From Protoeuglena noctilucae (lineage: Eukaryota): a stretch of DNA of 64,000 nucleotides. The notes beneath the pieces are model-generated. The model saw only the letters and a program-made list of their open reading frames with translations, searched no databases and was not told where the DNA came from. Positions 1-11,800 of the stretch are shown here, one piece after another. A program made the position numbers and the translations under genes. The stretch spans positions 1,426,001 to 1,490,000 of the forward strand of contig OY253669.1 in NCBI GenBank assembly GCA_958009085.1, written 5' to 3'. How positions within the stretch are numbered: the first letter of the stretch is position 1; each line of letters opens with the position of its first letter.

Positions 1-1246
1 AGATCCCAGCGCCCACGGCGCCCACGGCGATCGCCCCCGCGGCCACGTACGCAGCGATGTCCGTCCCCGCCGCGCCCTGCGCCCCGGGCCGCCCCGGCGG
101 AACCCCCGACGCCGCGCCCGGTGCCCGCCCTGCCCGCCCCTGACGCTCGCGCAGGCCCTCCTGCCCCAGCACAGACGCGGACGTCAGAGCCTCCGCGAAC
201 GCCTCCTTGAATGCCTTCTCGTCCCGCGCGTACATCTCCACCCACTCCCGCAGGCCTGGGGAGGCAGGTGGGGCTGGTGTGGTGTGCGCGCGTCGCGCGT
301 CACGCTCATGGACAGATGTCAGGGCAATCCACGTCCCACGGCTCACTGCGCCCGAACAAAGCGAGAGCCGGGCACAGAGGAGCGCAGTGCCTCGCCGCAC
401 CCGGGTCCGTGAGGAGGAAAGCGCAGTGCTCTGTCCCTTGCTCCCCACGTAGCAGCGCCCGGAAGAACCCGTTGTCGATCGGCATCGGCCCCTTGTCGTC
501 TTTGGCTGCCGTCTCGTAGGCCTGGGGGTCTTTCCACGCCGCTGCGAAGGGATGGGACCCCAGGAGAGCCACCATCAAGGCTACGGGGAGCCCGCACCGC
601 TTTGCGGCCGCGACGACCTTCGCCGAGTCGGGCACGCCCTCCCGGACGACAGCGGAGTATCCGAGCATCCGCTGTTGAGGCGGCACGACCCGCGACTCGC
701 GCCGGCCGGGCACGAACGCGGCACCCACGACCCCACCCGCCACGGCTGCTTCGATCCCCGCCAGGTGGATGATGTCCGAGGCCGAGAGCGTCGGCCGCTT
801 CTCTTTGATGGCCATCAGCCACTGAACCACGTCACGCAGGCCCGCGTTCGCCTCGTAGTCGAGCGCCTTCTCGACGCGCATGGCCCCAACTGGGCCCCCC
901 GTGCGCGTGGCCTGATCGTACGTCAGCGAGTCATTGACCGCCAGCCTGAGAAACCCCATGTGAGCGCGCGTGCCGTGCTCCTTCAGCAGCGCCTGCAGCA
1001 TCGAGCAAAAGGTGCGCCGCTGCGGGTTCCACACTCGCACTTGCCCCCCGAACGCCCCGCTCGCCCGCCACTCGCGATTCACGCAGCCATGCAACGATAA
1101 AGTCTCGCACAAATCTCCGAGGGCCCGATGCCGAGGAGCACGGCATCGGATTTGAAGGGGGAGACGTGCGAGCGCCGCACCTGCACATCGCCCCTGCACG
1201 CCTCCACCTCGGCCAAGTAGGCGTCGTCGACGGTGGGCGTTGTCAT
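1..1246 (-). CDS. Ascorbate peroxidase-like (class I heme peroxidase family) protein with altered distal site and probable C-terminal membrane anchor; 3' end runs off the window
   Basis: Exons 1246-1181 (MTTPTVDDAYLAEVEACRGDVQ), 992-401 (FLRLAVNDSLTYD..TGGPVGAMR..ANAGL..LSASDIIHLAG..FVPGRRES..VALLGSHP..IDNGFFRALL..LLTDP) and 255-1 (LREWVEMYARDEKAFKEAFAEAL..IAAYVAAGAIAVGAVGAGI) are collinear with plant APX motifs. Introns are GT-AG. Confidence 0.85.
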
Positions 1247-1666
1247 ACTGGGCAGCTATGACCCCGATGGATGGTCCGTGGCCTGGCGACGCCGTTAGCT
1301 AGCCCTGGCGCACGAGTTAAGGGGACGCGAGAGATGCAGGGAGAAGATCGGCGTTCCGTGCTATGCCCTCATGCTTCCAGCAACGCTGTTGAGGTGAGAG
1401 TGGGCAAATGTGAGCAGATACGGCTCCCGACTCGACGGCTTGCAGTGGCATCTGGCGCCACGAAATCCACTCGAGTTTCGTTGCGGCCGCGGGGAGAAGG
1501 TTGCGAGGAAATCGTGGTGTTGCTCGTTTCTATCCAGTATGTCCGCTGTCGCTGCTGGATGCCGCTACACATGCAGCCCCATGCCGTGAGGTCTTTGTTG
1601 GCTGTGCACCATCGGTCCCAAAACTTTGCGTAACTGAGTTTCGCACACGTTGTTTGGCTTTCTGCC

Positions 1667-4600
1667 ATGGGCGCGGCTCCCCGGGAGGCCTCCTCGGGCG
1701 CGAGGGGACTCGGGGAGCGCATTGTTGCCCTCTGCTGTTTGAGCCCTTCTCGCGCACGACGTCCGCACCGGCGCGTGGAAGAGAACCGGCACGAAGACAA
1801 GGAAGCGTCCGATAGAAAGGATGGTGAACCTGCGGGCCCGAGTTCCCCGACCAGGCAGCGAGCAGCGACCTCGGTGGCCAAGTCCAGCGACAAGGAGCAA
1901 GGGGACGTGCCGGAGCGCAAGCTCGGCGCCGCAAGCAGCTCCACGAGTCGCAGTCGCAACAGCCACGGCCATCGGGCGGCACAGCAGCAGGAGATGGACA
2001 CAGTCTTGGTCGATGAGGCGATGATTGACGAGCTGATGACCGAGTTGTCGGCGAAGGTGACTGCAGGGGGCCAAGGGAAGCGCAAGTGACGTAACTGAGT
2101 TCTCCTGTGCCCGCCAAACGCTCGCATGGAGCTCCACCCGCAGCACCCGCACACGCCCTGCAAGGCCAACCCTGCCTCTCCCTCGCGGACCCTGCATCTG
2201 TCCTCGTCAGACACGCGACGGCGCAACCCGCAGTTGAACCTGCGCGTGCTGCTCAGCCCCAGCACCCGTGGCCTGCCGGCATCCCCGTGGAGCGATGCCG
2301 GGGTGGCTGAGAGCAGTCCGGGGCCGGGGCAGGCAGAGAAGCCGACACCGAAGGTGAAGCTTTGTCAAATACTAACACTGTGCTCCTTCAATAACAGTGG
2401 CCATTACATGCGGCATGTACCATGGCAGCGACCATTACATGTAACAATGGTCGCCCTGTCGTTGCGCTCCCAGGTGGGCCTGGTCCGTCGCCTTACCAAC
2501 CGTCGCCTGCGTTTGGTAAACGCGAAGGCGGCGTCGATGAGGGCCATCCTGCCGCACGTGGATGACCTGGAGCCGACTGGCACCACGCCCAAGTCGACCT
2601 TGCAGGTGGGTACCCGGGTGGCCACCCCGGGCAAGCACTTGAAAGTGACAGTGACCGGTGCAAGTAACACTGACAGTTGCCATCGTCTCTCTTTGATGCA
2701 GGGCGACAGAGCCTTGCGGGAGAGACCAGCGGACGAGGAGGTGGCGCTCGAGGCGTGGCACGGCGTCCATCGGCTCCACATGGCCGTGGAGTGCCGGCAG
2801 CGTGCGGTGGAGGCCAACGCGCGGGTGTCCGAGTTCAAGCTGCGGCTGATGAACGCCGTCGCAGCGGCCGTCGACCTCCGCATGAACCCCAGAGGACTGC
2901 TGCCGCCCAAGTGGCACCGGGCTGTCGACATGGTGAGCCGCCACGCCTCACGCACCGACACAGGGAGTGCAGGGATTGAATGGCGCGTATCACTTAAGCG
3001 AACTGCACCGAGAGCGACCCCGGGGACCAACAAAGGTGACTTCCACCGCCCCTTTTCGCAGGCGGAGTTGGCCCGATCCGTGGAGGCAGTGCAGGACGCA
3101 GCGAGCCGAGGCCCACCGTCGGAAATCCACGTTGCCGAAGCTCCTTCCGGCCCCGTGGGCAGCCACCACCGCAGCGTCGACGAGGCGAGCGAGGGGAAGC
3201 AGTCGCTCCTGAGCACGAACGCGACAGAGGTGCACGCAGCCACCGCAGCGGGCCCCAGCCATGGACCCACCGCCCCCGCACCTCTGCCGTTCCTTCACCC
3301 TCACGACTCGACCCCCGCCCGGCCCCGCGTGCCGCACATGGGCGTGGGTCTCGCGTTGGCGCGCGAGGCGGTGCAAGTGGAGCTCCGGATGCTGCCCTCG
3401 CTCGTGGCTGAGATGAGGCGCGTGCGGGCGGCGCTCATGGTGGTGCACAACGCCCTGGCCATGGCCGCGCGCGCGCGGGACGCCATCCGCATCGGCAGCA
3501 CGGGGCTCGTGCCTTGGGCCGAGGCGGGGCTGCGTGGATTGGATGAGGCGGAGGTGGACGTGCGCGCGCGGCGGGCGTTGGGGGCGGCCAAAGTCACGGA
3601 GCTGTGGGCGGAGGCCCAGGGGCTGGTGAGATGCCGTGCATGTGTTTGTGTGTGTCTGCACCCACCCTGCTGACTGTAACACTTTCTGGGCGCTGCTCGA
3701 CCCTTCCAAGTCGGCCACTTGTCCGCGCTGTCTCGCAGGCGGATGAGCTCGATGCGCTGGAGCGCCGGTGGGCCCTGACTCCGCCACCGGCGCCGGCCCA
3801 GCGCCGAATGCGCCCCCGCCGCGCCACGCACGCATGCGACGGCGACTTCCGGGGATTCACGCCCACCCTGCGCCCCACGGACGCGGCTGCGGGGACGAGC
3901 GGGGCGCCGGTGACCCCATCCCATGCGACTGCCACAGGACAAGCACGCAGGGAGCGTGCCGCTTCGTTGGCGCTCCATGTGCTGGACGACCAGCGGACCG
4001 GGGCGGCGCTAGTGGCGCAGAGGTCCGTGGCGCGCGCGCTGTTCGAGCGGGCGGTGCCCCGGGGCGGGTCGTCGGGGGTGCAGAGGGAGCGGCAGAGCAG
4101 CCAGGTCGACGTGCTGGCCGAGGGCGTCCGGCAGGAGAGCCTGGAGCGGCAGCGGGCGGGGCGCGATGCAGAGACTCGCACCGGCGCGGGGGCAGTGGCG
4201 GGGGACACATCAAAGGATGCGACCAAGAGCCCGGAGCGCGGGCGGTGGTCACGGATGCTGTCCCTGTACGAGCGGGGCGCACGCTGGCGCGGGGCGCTGC
4301 TGGGTCCTCTGGGGGCGCGCCGCCTGCGGGTCCCGCGGGGCGCGGCGGCGCGACTGCGCGTGGCGGTGCGGGCGCGGCGGCCGAGCAGCGTGAGCGAGGG
4401 CGAGGTGTCGGTGGGGCTCACGCCGACCGATGCTGAGACGCCCGGCCACTTCGAGGGCATCGCGGGGAGCGCAGGGCTGCAGACGCCGGGGTCCAGCATG
4501 CTGGGGTCCAGCATGCCGTGGGCCACCTCGCCATCCCTGTTCGGGGCAGGAACCGGCACGTGGCCCGTTCGCGTCCCAGCCTACGACCCCGTGGACCTGC

Positions 4601-4971
4601 TGCCCGTCGCGGCTGAGGACGGGCGCGACGACGGGTCGCCCCTTCGCTACACGGCGGAGGCGGGGGTGCCACAGAGGGCGCTGCCCCCCGAGGCGTCTCC
4701 CTTCCGACCAAGCATGGCGCCCAGCGAGGGCGACGCTGCGCTGGATGATGGCAATTCACGGGGAGAAGAGTGGGAGGGCGATGGGATCCACGAGCGCCTC
4801 GTGAGTGCTGTGAGTGGGGGCGAGGGGGCGGCCATCGTGGACGGAGGGGACGGGGTCCTGCACCCGGCAGCGGCGCAGCATACGGGGCCTGGGAAGGTCG
4901 TCGAGGTCGCCGGGGGCTGGCTGGCCGCGGGGATGCACGCGGGGGCGCGGAGCCCGAGGCCGGACGCTTGA
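1667..4971 (+). CDS. Probable upstream exons of the ankyrin-repeat gene (low-complexity/helical N-terminal region); exon structure uncertain
   Basis: ATG at 1667 (MGAAP..ALCCLSP) and long ORFs 2126-3673 and 3604-4971 with plausible splice sites; no recognisable domain. Confidence 0.4.
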
Positions 4972-5134
4972 TGGCCGTTGCGGTATGCCCTGCCAGGCCT
5001 TCAGCAGCGTCGCTGCTCTTTGAAGCGAGGCATTGCCCAGGCAACGGCACAGATCGGAAGCTAGAGAGATTGTTGACCCGTCACACGCAAACGATCGAAC
5101 GAATGGCGCGTGACGAGCAGAGGTCGGGCTGTCC

Positions 5135-7009
5135 ATGAGTTCGGCATCCCCGGGCGCCACGGGCGCTCGGCGGACAGCTTTCGCCGGGTACCCATCAGAG
5201 TCGTGGAGGGTTGATCTGGCAGCTGTGCACCGCGTTCGGCGTGGCGTGCGGTCCTGCGCGACGTGGCACGACACGCACGCGAGGGAAGAGCGTCTCCGCA
5301 TCAAATCGGACGCCGGGGATCCACCTGTCGTCAAGGCAATCAGGGACGGGGACGTGAAGCTGGTTCAGGAGCTCGTCGACCACGGCGCGTCGCTCGGGCA
5401 GTTTGGGGAGCTTCGGTAAGTTCGCATTCTTTGCTGCGTCCCTCTACGTTCGTTTTGACCCACACAAACACCTTTTCTTCTCGCCCTCTCCTTCTCTGAC
5501 TGCTCCTTTCTACGCTCCTTCCCTCTGCTTTCGTCCTGCTCCCAGAACGACGCCCCTGCACGTCGCTGTGGAGATGCGTCAGCTCGATGTGGTGGAGTTC
5601 TTGCTCATGCGCGGGAGCGGACCCAACGTCTGCGACGTGAGCCTCGCCCGGCCCATCCAGGTGCGCGCCAGCTGCCTCAGCTGCTTCAGTCGTCAGTCAA
5701 TCCTCCCTCGTCTGTTCATTGCTCGCCACCCATGATTCTGTCAAGTCGCACCTGCCCCAGGTGGCCTTTCGGGCGACGCCCATGGAGAGGCAAGCGTTCC
5801 GGCAGCTGCGCCAGGCGGTGGAGGACGTCTGCCGCGACGTGCCCGTCGCGCACCTCCTGCGGCCCGAGGAGTGGCCGCCGCACCGGCCCCGCAGCGCGCT
5901 GGTGCGGCCCAACTGGTGCCGCCGCATCGAGGGTTTCCCCGTGTCTGGCCCCACCCGGGCGCTGACGGCGGCCGTGGCGGAGCGGGCGGTGTCGCGCCTC
6001 GACCCCGTCAGCCAGGCGGTCGTCCGCATGCACCAGTGGATCGTCGAACTGCTGCTGGAGGCGAGTAGCCTGCTAAGGCACAGCTCGGATTGGCGCCGAT
6101 GCCCACACCCGCTCTCGGTCGGTCGCATCTGCGCACCTTGGATCTGCCGTTGGTGGATGCGACCTGCCCGGTGACCTGCCTGGTGTCGCAGGCCGGGGCT
6201 CAGCCCAACTGCACGACGTCGCCTGCGACCATGTACGAGACGGAGAATCAGGACATGCTGCTCCACACGGCGATCGAGGCGGGGCAGCTGGGGGTGGCCC
6301 TGTCGCTGCTGCTGCACGGCGCCAGCGCCAGGAACCGCGGGCGGCAGGAGATGCCCCTGCACCTGGCCTGCCGCGACGGCCTGGGACCCCTCGCGGTCGG
6401 TGAGGCGCCTCTCATTGCAACGCGGCACCTCATGGTCTCATCTCTGGTAGCTGCCACCGCACCTGGGTGCCCACGCCATGCCTGCATGTGTCACCTGCCT
6501 GCCGAGAAACACCTCAGTTCCAATCTCATCATGTACAGGGATGACGTGGTGCTTTCAGTGACGCCGCTCTCATCGCATCCATCCACCTGCAGTTCTGCTC
6601 GAGTGCGGCGCAAGCCCGACGGACTGCTCGTACATGCGCAGTTACACGGACCCTCCCTTCTCATACGGCACTCCTTTCGACTACGCCAACCTGCAGGGGC
6701 ACGCGGAGCTGGCAGGCGAGGCCGCGTGCCGTGTATCGCTCACAGCTGGGTGCCTTGTCTCTGCTCATGGCCCGAACATCGCACGTTGTCAACAGCGCCC
6801 TTCCAAGACCCGCATCTGCAGAGGCCATGCTCTTGGTCGGCGCTCGCTTTGACAAGAACCCGGGTGCGACGTTCGATGAGGCGTTCCGAAGGGCACCTGT
6901 CCCGAGTGAGGACGCTAGGCGTGCTTACCGCAGCGCATGGGAGGCGTACCGGGGCTACTGGCTGCGGCCGGGGTGCGCCGTCGGCGCCAAGGGCACCTGC
7001 GTGTCATGA
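5135..7009 (+). CDS. Ankyrin-repeat protein, C-terminal exons
   Basis: Spliced ANK motifs: PPVVKAIRDGDVKLVQELVDHGA | TTPLHVAVEMRQLDVVEFLLMRGSGPN | IVELLLE|AGAQPN..LLHTAIEAGQLGVALSLLLHGA..MPLHLACRDG..GTPFDYANLQGHAELA|EAMLLVGA; stop at 7009. Confidence 0.8.
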
Positions 7010-7402
7010 CGAAGCGTCTCCTTTGGCTGCGTTGCTTTTGTTTCCGACGTTGGGACTCTGGCACCAGCCACGCCTCACGCATTCCGGACACTCCACTATT
7101 TCTGGTTGATTGGGACGCATACTCTCTCGGCTTGGCTTCCTGTCTTAGATTTCATGTCAATCTACGAATCGCAGAGCACCCCAGGCCCTGGCAGCATCGG
7201 CGGCTCTGCACACTGGCAGCGCTATTGCTTTGCTTGTCCACACACTCTACCCGCCAGGCAGTGGCGAGGCTCTTGAGCAAATCTGCACTTTGAAAATTGG
7301 AACAAGACGCAAGAAAGACAGATGTCACGCATAACAGACGCAGCCGGCAGCTCCATCGATGGCTGCTACCCTCCCAGCGCCTCCTCCGAGCCTCGCGGCT
7401 CA

Positions 7403-8844
7403 TCATCCCAGCTTCACGCACACGCGCTCGGACGGCAGCGCGTCCCGCTCCCTCTCCGCATCCGCCGCGCCCCTTCTCATCTCGTGGTGCGTGGGCACCT
7501 CGCAAGGCACGCCCTGGGCACTCCACCCGCACCGCGCACAGCCCCACACGCGCCGCTCCTGGGTCCCTGCCGGGCCCTCGCATCCCTGGGTGCCAGAAGG
7601 CAGAGAGACAAATGAGCATTGCATTTCTAAACCAAAAACGACCAGAGAGACACCGGTTATGTTGAGCGCCATTGCCTAGTAACTAGCTTCGCGCATAGTC
7701 ACACCTTGAGCTGCCGGATGGCCCTGGCCGACTCCTCGTCTGGCACTTTGACCCCCCGCTCGTGCACCATCTGCGGCTCAGGGCGGTACTTGACGCACAC
7801 GCGACGGGACGCGCCGCCCGCCACGTCGTGGGTGGGGTGGGCGCACGGCTGGCCCTTGTCTGCCCACCCACACCCGGCGCAGCCCCACGGGCGCTCCTCC
7901 GTCGTCCCGGGCGGGCCCGCGCAGCCCTGGGGAGCACAGAGACACGGTGACGGGGTGCAGCAGTCGAGTCAACAAGAGCAGTCCGCGAGGTAGAGAGTGA
8001 GGGGCAGAGGACAACGGCAGCCTCGCCAGCACCTCCTTGCAGCTGCACCCGCACATGCACCCGCACCTGCACCGTCCACCCCACCCGCACCCGCACACCC
8101 ACTCATGCTCCCTCACCGGCGGCTGCCGCAGCGTCCACTTCCGGTCCACGACATACGCCTGCTGCGGCCCCAGCCACCGCTCCGCCGGAGCCACCTCCTT
8201 CACGCACACGCGCTCGATCCCCGCACCCTCCACGGCGTTGCCCCGCCGCCGCGCGTCCTCCGTCAGCGCGGGCACGTCGCAGGGCGCCCCGTGGCGCGAC
8301 CAGTGGCAGAAGTGGCAGCCGAACGGCTCGGTGCGACCCCCAGGCGCGCCACGGCACTCCTGCGGGTCATGGCAAGCTTGCTTAAGGTCACATGACGCCA
8401 TGTCGGTGTTCAGTAAGCGTAATTGGGTCAAGTGAGCGTTCCATGCATGCACCCTTCCGTTCAGCCGGGACCCAAACCCTCACCTCGCTCCCATCGGTCC
8501 CATCCCTTTCGCGACACATGCAGGATTCGAACCTCAACCCCTAAAACCCCTCCACCCCCACTCGCCTTGCGCTGGATATCTACGACGCGGTCCACGAAGT
8601 CCTCCTCGCCCTCCCCGTCCTTCCTCTGCACCAGCACCCCCTGCGCGTGCACCCACACGTTGTCGCGCCCCGCCCTGACCTTCTCCTCCTCCACCTTCAG
8701 GCACACGCGGCGGGAGGGGCCGCGGTAGCCGGGGTCCTCCACGTGCGTCGGGTCCGCGCAGGGAGTGCCGCGGGCCGTCCACCCGCACCGCGCGCAGCCC
8801 ACGTCCGGGCCGGGGGGGTTGCGCCTCCCGGGGTACCGGCACTC
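7403..8844 (-). repeat. Four tandem exon-encoded Cys/Trp/His protein modules (exons 8844-8566, 8359-8117, 7926-7705, 7585-7403)
   Basis: Each exon starts [E/G]C and contains GCxxCxWxxxGxPCxxP(TH)...RVC[VL]K. Confidence 0.9.
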
Positions 8845-11800
8845 CTGCGGGGGTGGGTTGGGGCGCGTGGGATGAATCCTTCATGAAATGATATCTGGCA
8901 ATTGGCGCTCTGGCGACGGCATTGCCACCACGCGCCATTGCTGGGACGCCCACGCATTGTGACATCCCGCGCCACCCCTTGCTTACCTCGGGCTGTTTGA
9001 AGGCCCACGCCTCCTCCATCGTCCGCACCACCACGCCCCGCGTGCCAAACTTGCGCGGCTGCATGCCCTCCACATACTGGAAAGCCCCCAGGTCCCCCAG
9101 ACCCAGCACCGCGCCCTGCACGTCGCCACGGGCGCTCTTCTTGCTCTGCCCGGCCTGCGGGGTGACAGAGAGGGGACGAAGCGGTCACATGCATGGCGCT
9201 GTAAGGGGGAGTCACAATCATCGTGCTATCGTTTTGCCCACAAATGCTGGGTCACCCTCAGCTCCCCTTGCATTCCTCATACAGACACTCACCGTCACCC
9301 TAACCCTCACCCTCGCCCTCGCCGATGCCTATGCCACATCACACCCTTCTCATACACTCACCCTGGCCCCCATGTGCTGCGCCGTGCCAGGCTCCTTGGG
9401 CCTCATGCCCCCCTCCTCCACCGGCCTCATCTGGCCGTACACCTTGTCCTCCCTCCGCATCTTGGCCATCATGTCGAGATAGAAGGCCCGGCTCTGCACG
9501 CGCTCCTGCCGAGCACGCGGAGCATGGCGGAGTGGGAAGGAGGAGCGACGCAGCACCATGCGTGCAACGCATGATGGGGTGGGAACGAGGGGCAAGGTGG
9601 GAGGGCATCGCAAGGAAGAGCTCATCCCTATGACTGACTGTGGCTGTCGCCAGGCTCACGTCCTCACCCCCCTCAATGACGTCCCCATCGCTTTTCAAAA
9701 AAGCACCCCTCACCTCCCTCATCCGCTCCAGCCGCCGCTCCTCGCGCTGCCCCGCGTCGTCGTAGGCCCCCTGCCGCAGCCTCTGCTTCACGGCGTGTCG
9801 CCTCTTCATGTCCGCACGCGTGCCCTTGGGGCCCTTCCCCTCGCCCTCCTCAAACGCCCGGAGCATCTGCAGCACCTGCGATTTGAGGAGAGCAAAGGGT
9901 GATACTCACAAGCACGACTGGGGTAGGAATGGCACACGAGAGCCAGTCAAGCACCACTGTGCACGAACACCCGCCCCTGCATGCCTCTCGCCCACACTAG
10001 CTGCGTGCCAGTGCTAGGGATCGGCAACAGCACACCACCCTTGCAAGGTCTCGCCTTCTTGTCCCTCGGCGCGACCTGCCTCAGCCATGCCGGGTCTTGC
10101 GTGCGCACGCGGTTGAAGACGGTGGGGTCGCGGAGGATGCTCGGGCACAATGCCGCGATGTCCTGCGAATGCCGAAAATGCGCAGCAACGCTGACGGACC
10201 TGGTGTCAGGAGCCTGACAGGGACGCACCGTGACAGACGCGTGTCTGTGCATCGTGACTGACACGCATCTGCGCATAACAACAGCTGCCACGTCTTGGCG
10301 GTCCCACGCACCTGGAAGCACCGCTCATCCTTGCGCAGGAGGTCCAGCACAGCGGAGGGGTCCGACAGGAAGGCGAACCCGCGGGGGAGGTGCGGGGTGG
10401 CGCCCCCACGAGCTGACCGGCGCGGCGAGGCGCGGCCGGGGGAGCCACGGGCGGTGCCCTCCTTGGCGGGCGGCCGCTGGGCTGCCGCGACGACTTCGAG
10501 GAACTGGTGACGGTCCTCCCTGCAGCGATGGGGAGGAGGAGGGGCAAGATGCGCGGTGGTGGGTGGCGTGGGGCAAAGGGCAGGAGAGGAACGAGAGGGG
10601 GAGCAGGAGGAGTGAACGCAGCGTTGTTAGGGAGACAGCATATGCGGGTGCATGGATTGGGAAGCGCAGGTGCGGAGAGCGCAGCGTGGCACTGCAGCCC
10701 AGCCCCTCGCGCCGTCGTCAGTCACCGGTACAGTGCGACCATCGCGTCCACGTCCTTGACTCGCGGGTAAGGCCACCGCGCGTCCCGTCTCGCAAAGACC
10801 ATCGACGCGTGCGCCTCCTTCCGGGCCTTGCGCGCCGACGGGGCCGGGCCGTGGCCCTCCCGCAGGTCCCGGCAGCGGTGGCACCTGCGTGAGACGCCGT
10901 GCGACCGCGTGACATGAGATGGATTGGCACGAGACGGGCTGGTCGACGCGAGGCGAGGGTCCAAAGCTGTGCGTCTTGGTCACTCACCGGCCGTCCGCCA
11001 AGTGCCACACCCATGCAATGCCTCTTGTCTGTCATCACTCACCGGCAGTCCGCCAGGTGGAACTCCTCTGGCACGGTGCTCCGAAAGGGGTTGGCTGCTT
11101 TGACCTCCGCCAGCTGACGCTCGAATTCCCCGTGAAGGCGGCGGAAGTCGGGGACGGGGGTGGCGCGGAACTCCGCGGGGCGCGCTGCGGGGGGGGCGGC
11201 GGGGGCAGGGCTTGAGGTGGTGGTGGGGCGGGGGCAGGCGTGGCGCTGCGGGGGTGGGAGGCGAGGTTCAAGGGTGCAGGTGAGGGCGGGAGTGGCACCA
11301 AAGGGTTCGTGGACTGTAAAAAAATGATATAGTTGCATGACCGAGGACGCAGCGTGCAGCCAGAGCCGGTTGTATCCATGGCAGCGGTCATCGCGTTCAC
11401 ACAGTGAGCACCCTCCACTCCTCTCTCACCCCGCTGGTGCGGCGCGGATGCCGGCCGGCTCTGCCTCCTCCTCCTGCTGCGATCTGAGGCTCTCTGCATG
11501 CGCTGCGGCATCTGGGCCTCCTCCAGCAGCTCAATCGCCCTCTGCAAGTGGGGGCGATTGAGGCATCGCGTGGGTGCGAGTGCAAGTGAGGAAAGAGGTG
11601 CAGCGGGGGTGCGGGTGCGGGTGCGGGTGTGGACGCGCAGGTGGGTGTATCGGTGCAGGTACAAGTGCGCTGCGTTCATCCCAAAAATGCGAGGACGGTG
11701 CATGTGCGTGTGCAAACACGCATGCGCCTGCGTGTGCAACTCCCCCCCTCGCCTCTCGCAGCTTGGCCTTGCGCCTCTCCATGTCGGCCATCATCGACTC

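Noticed and set aside
8536..9320. Telomere-like CCCTAAAA and CCCTAA words
   Set aside because: Single copies inside introns; expected by chance.
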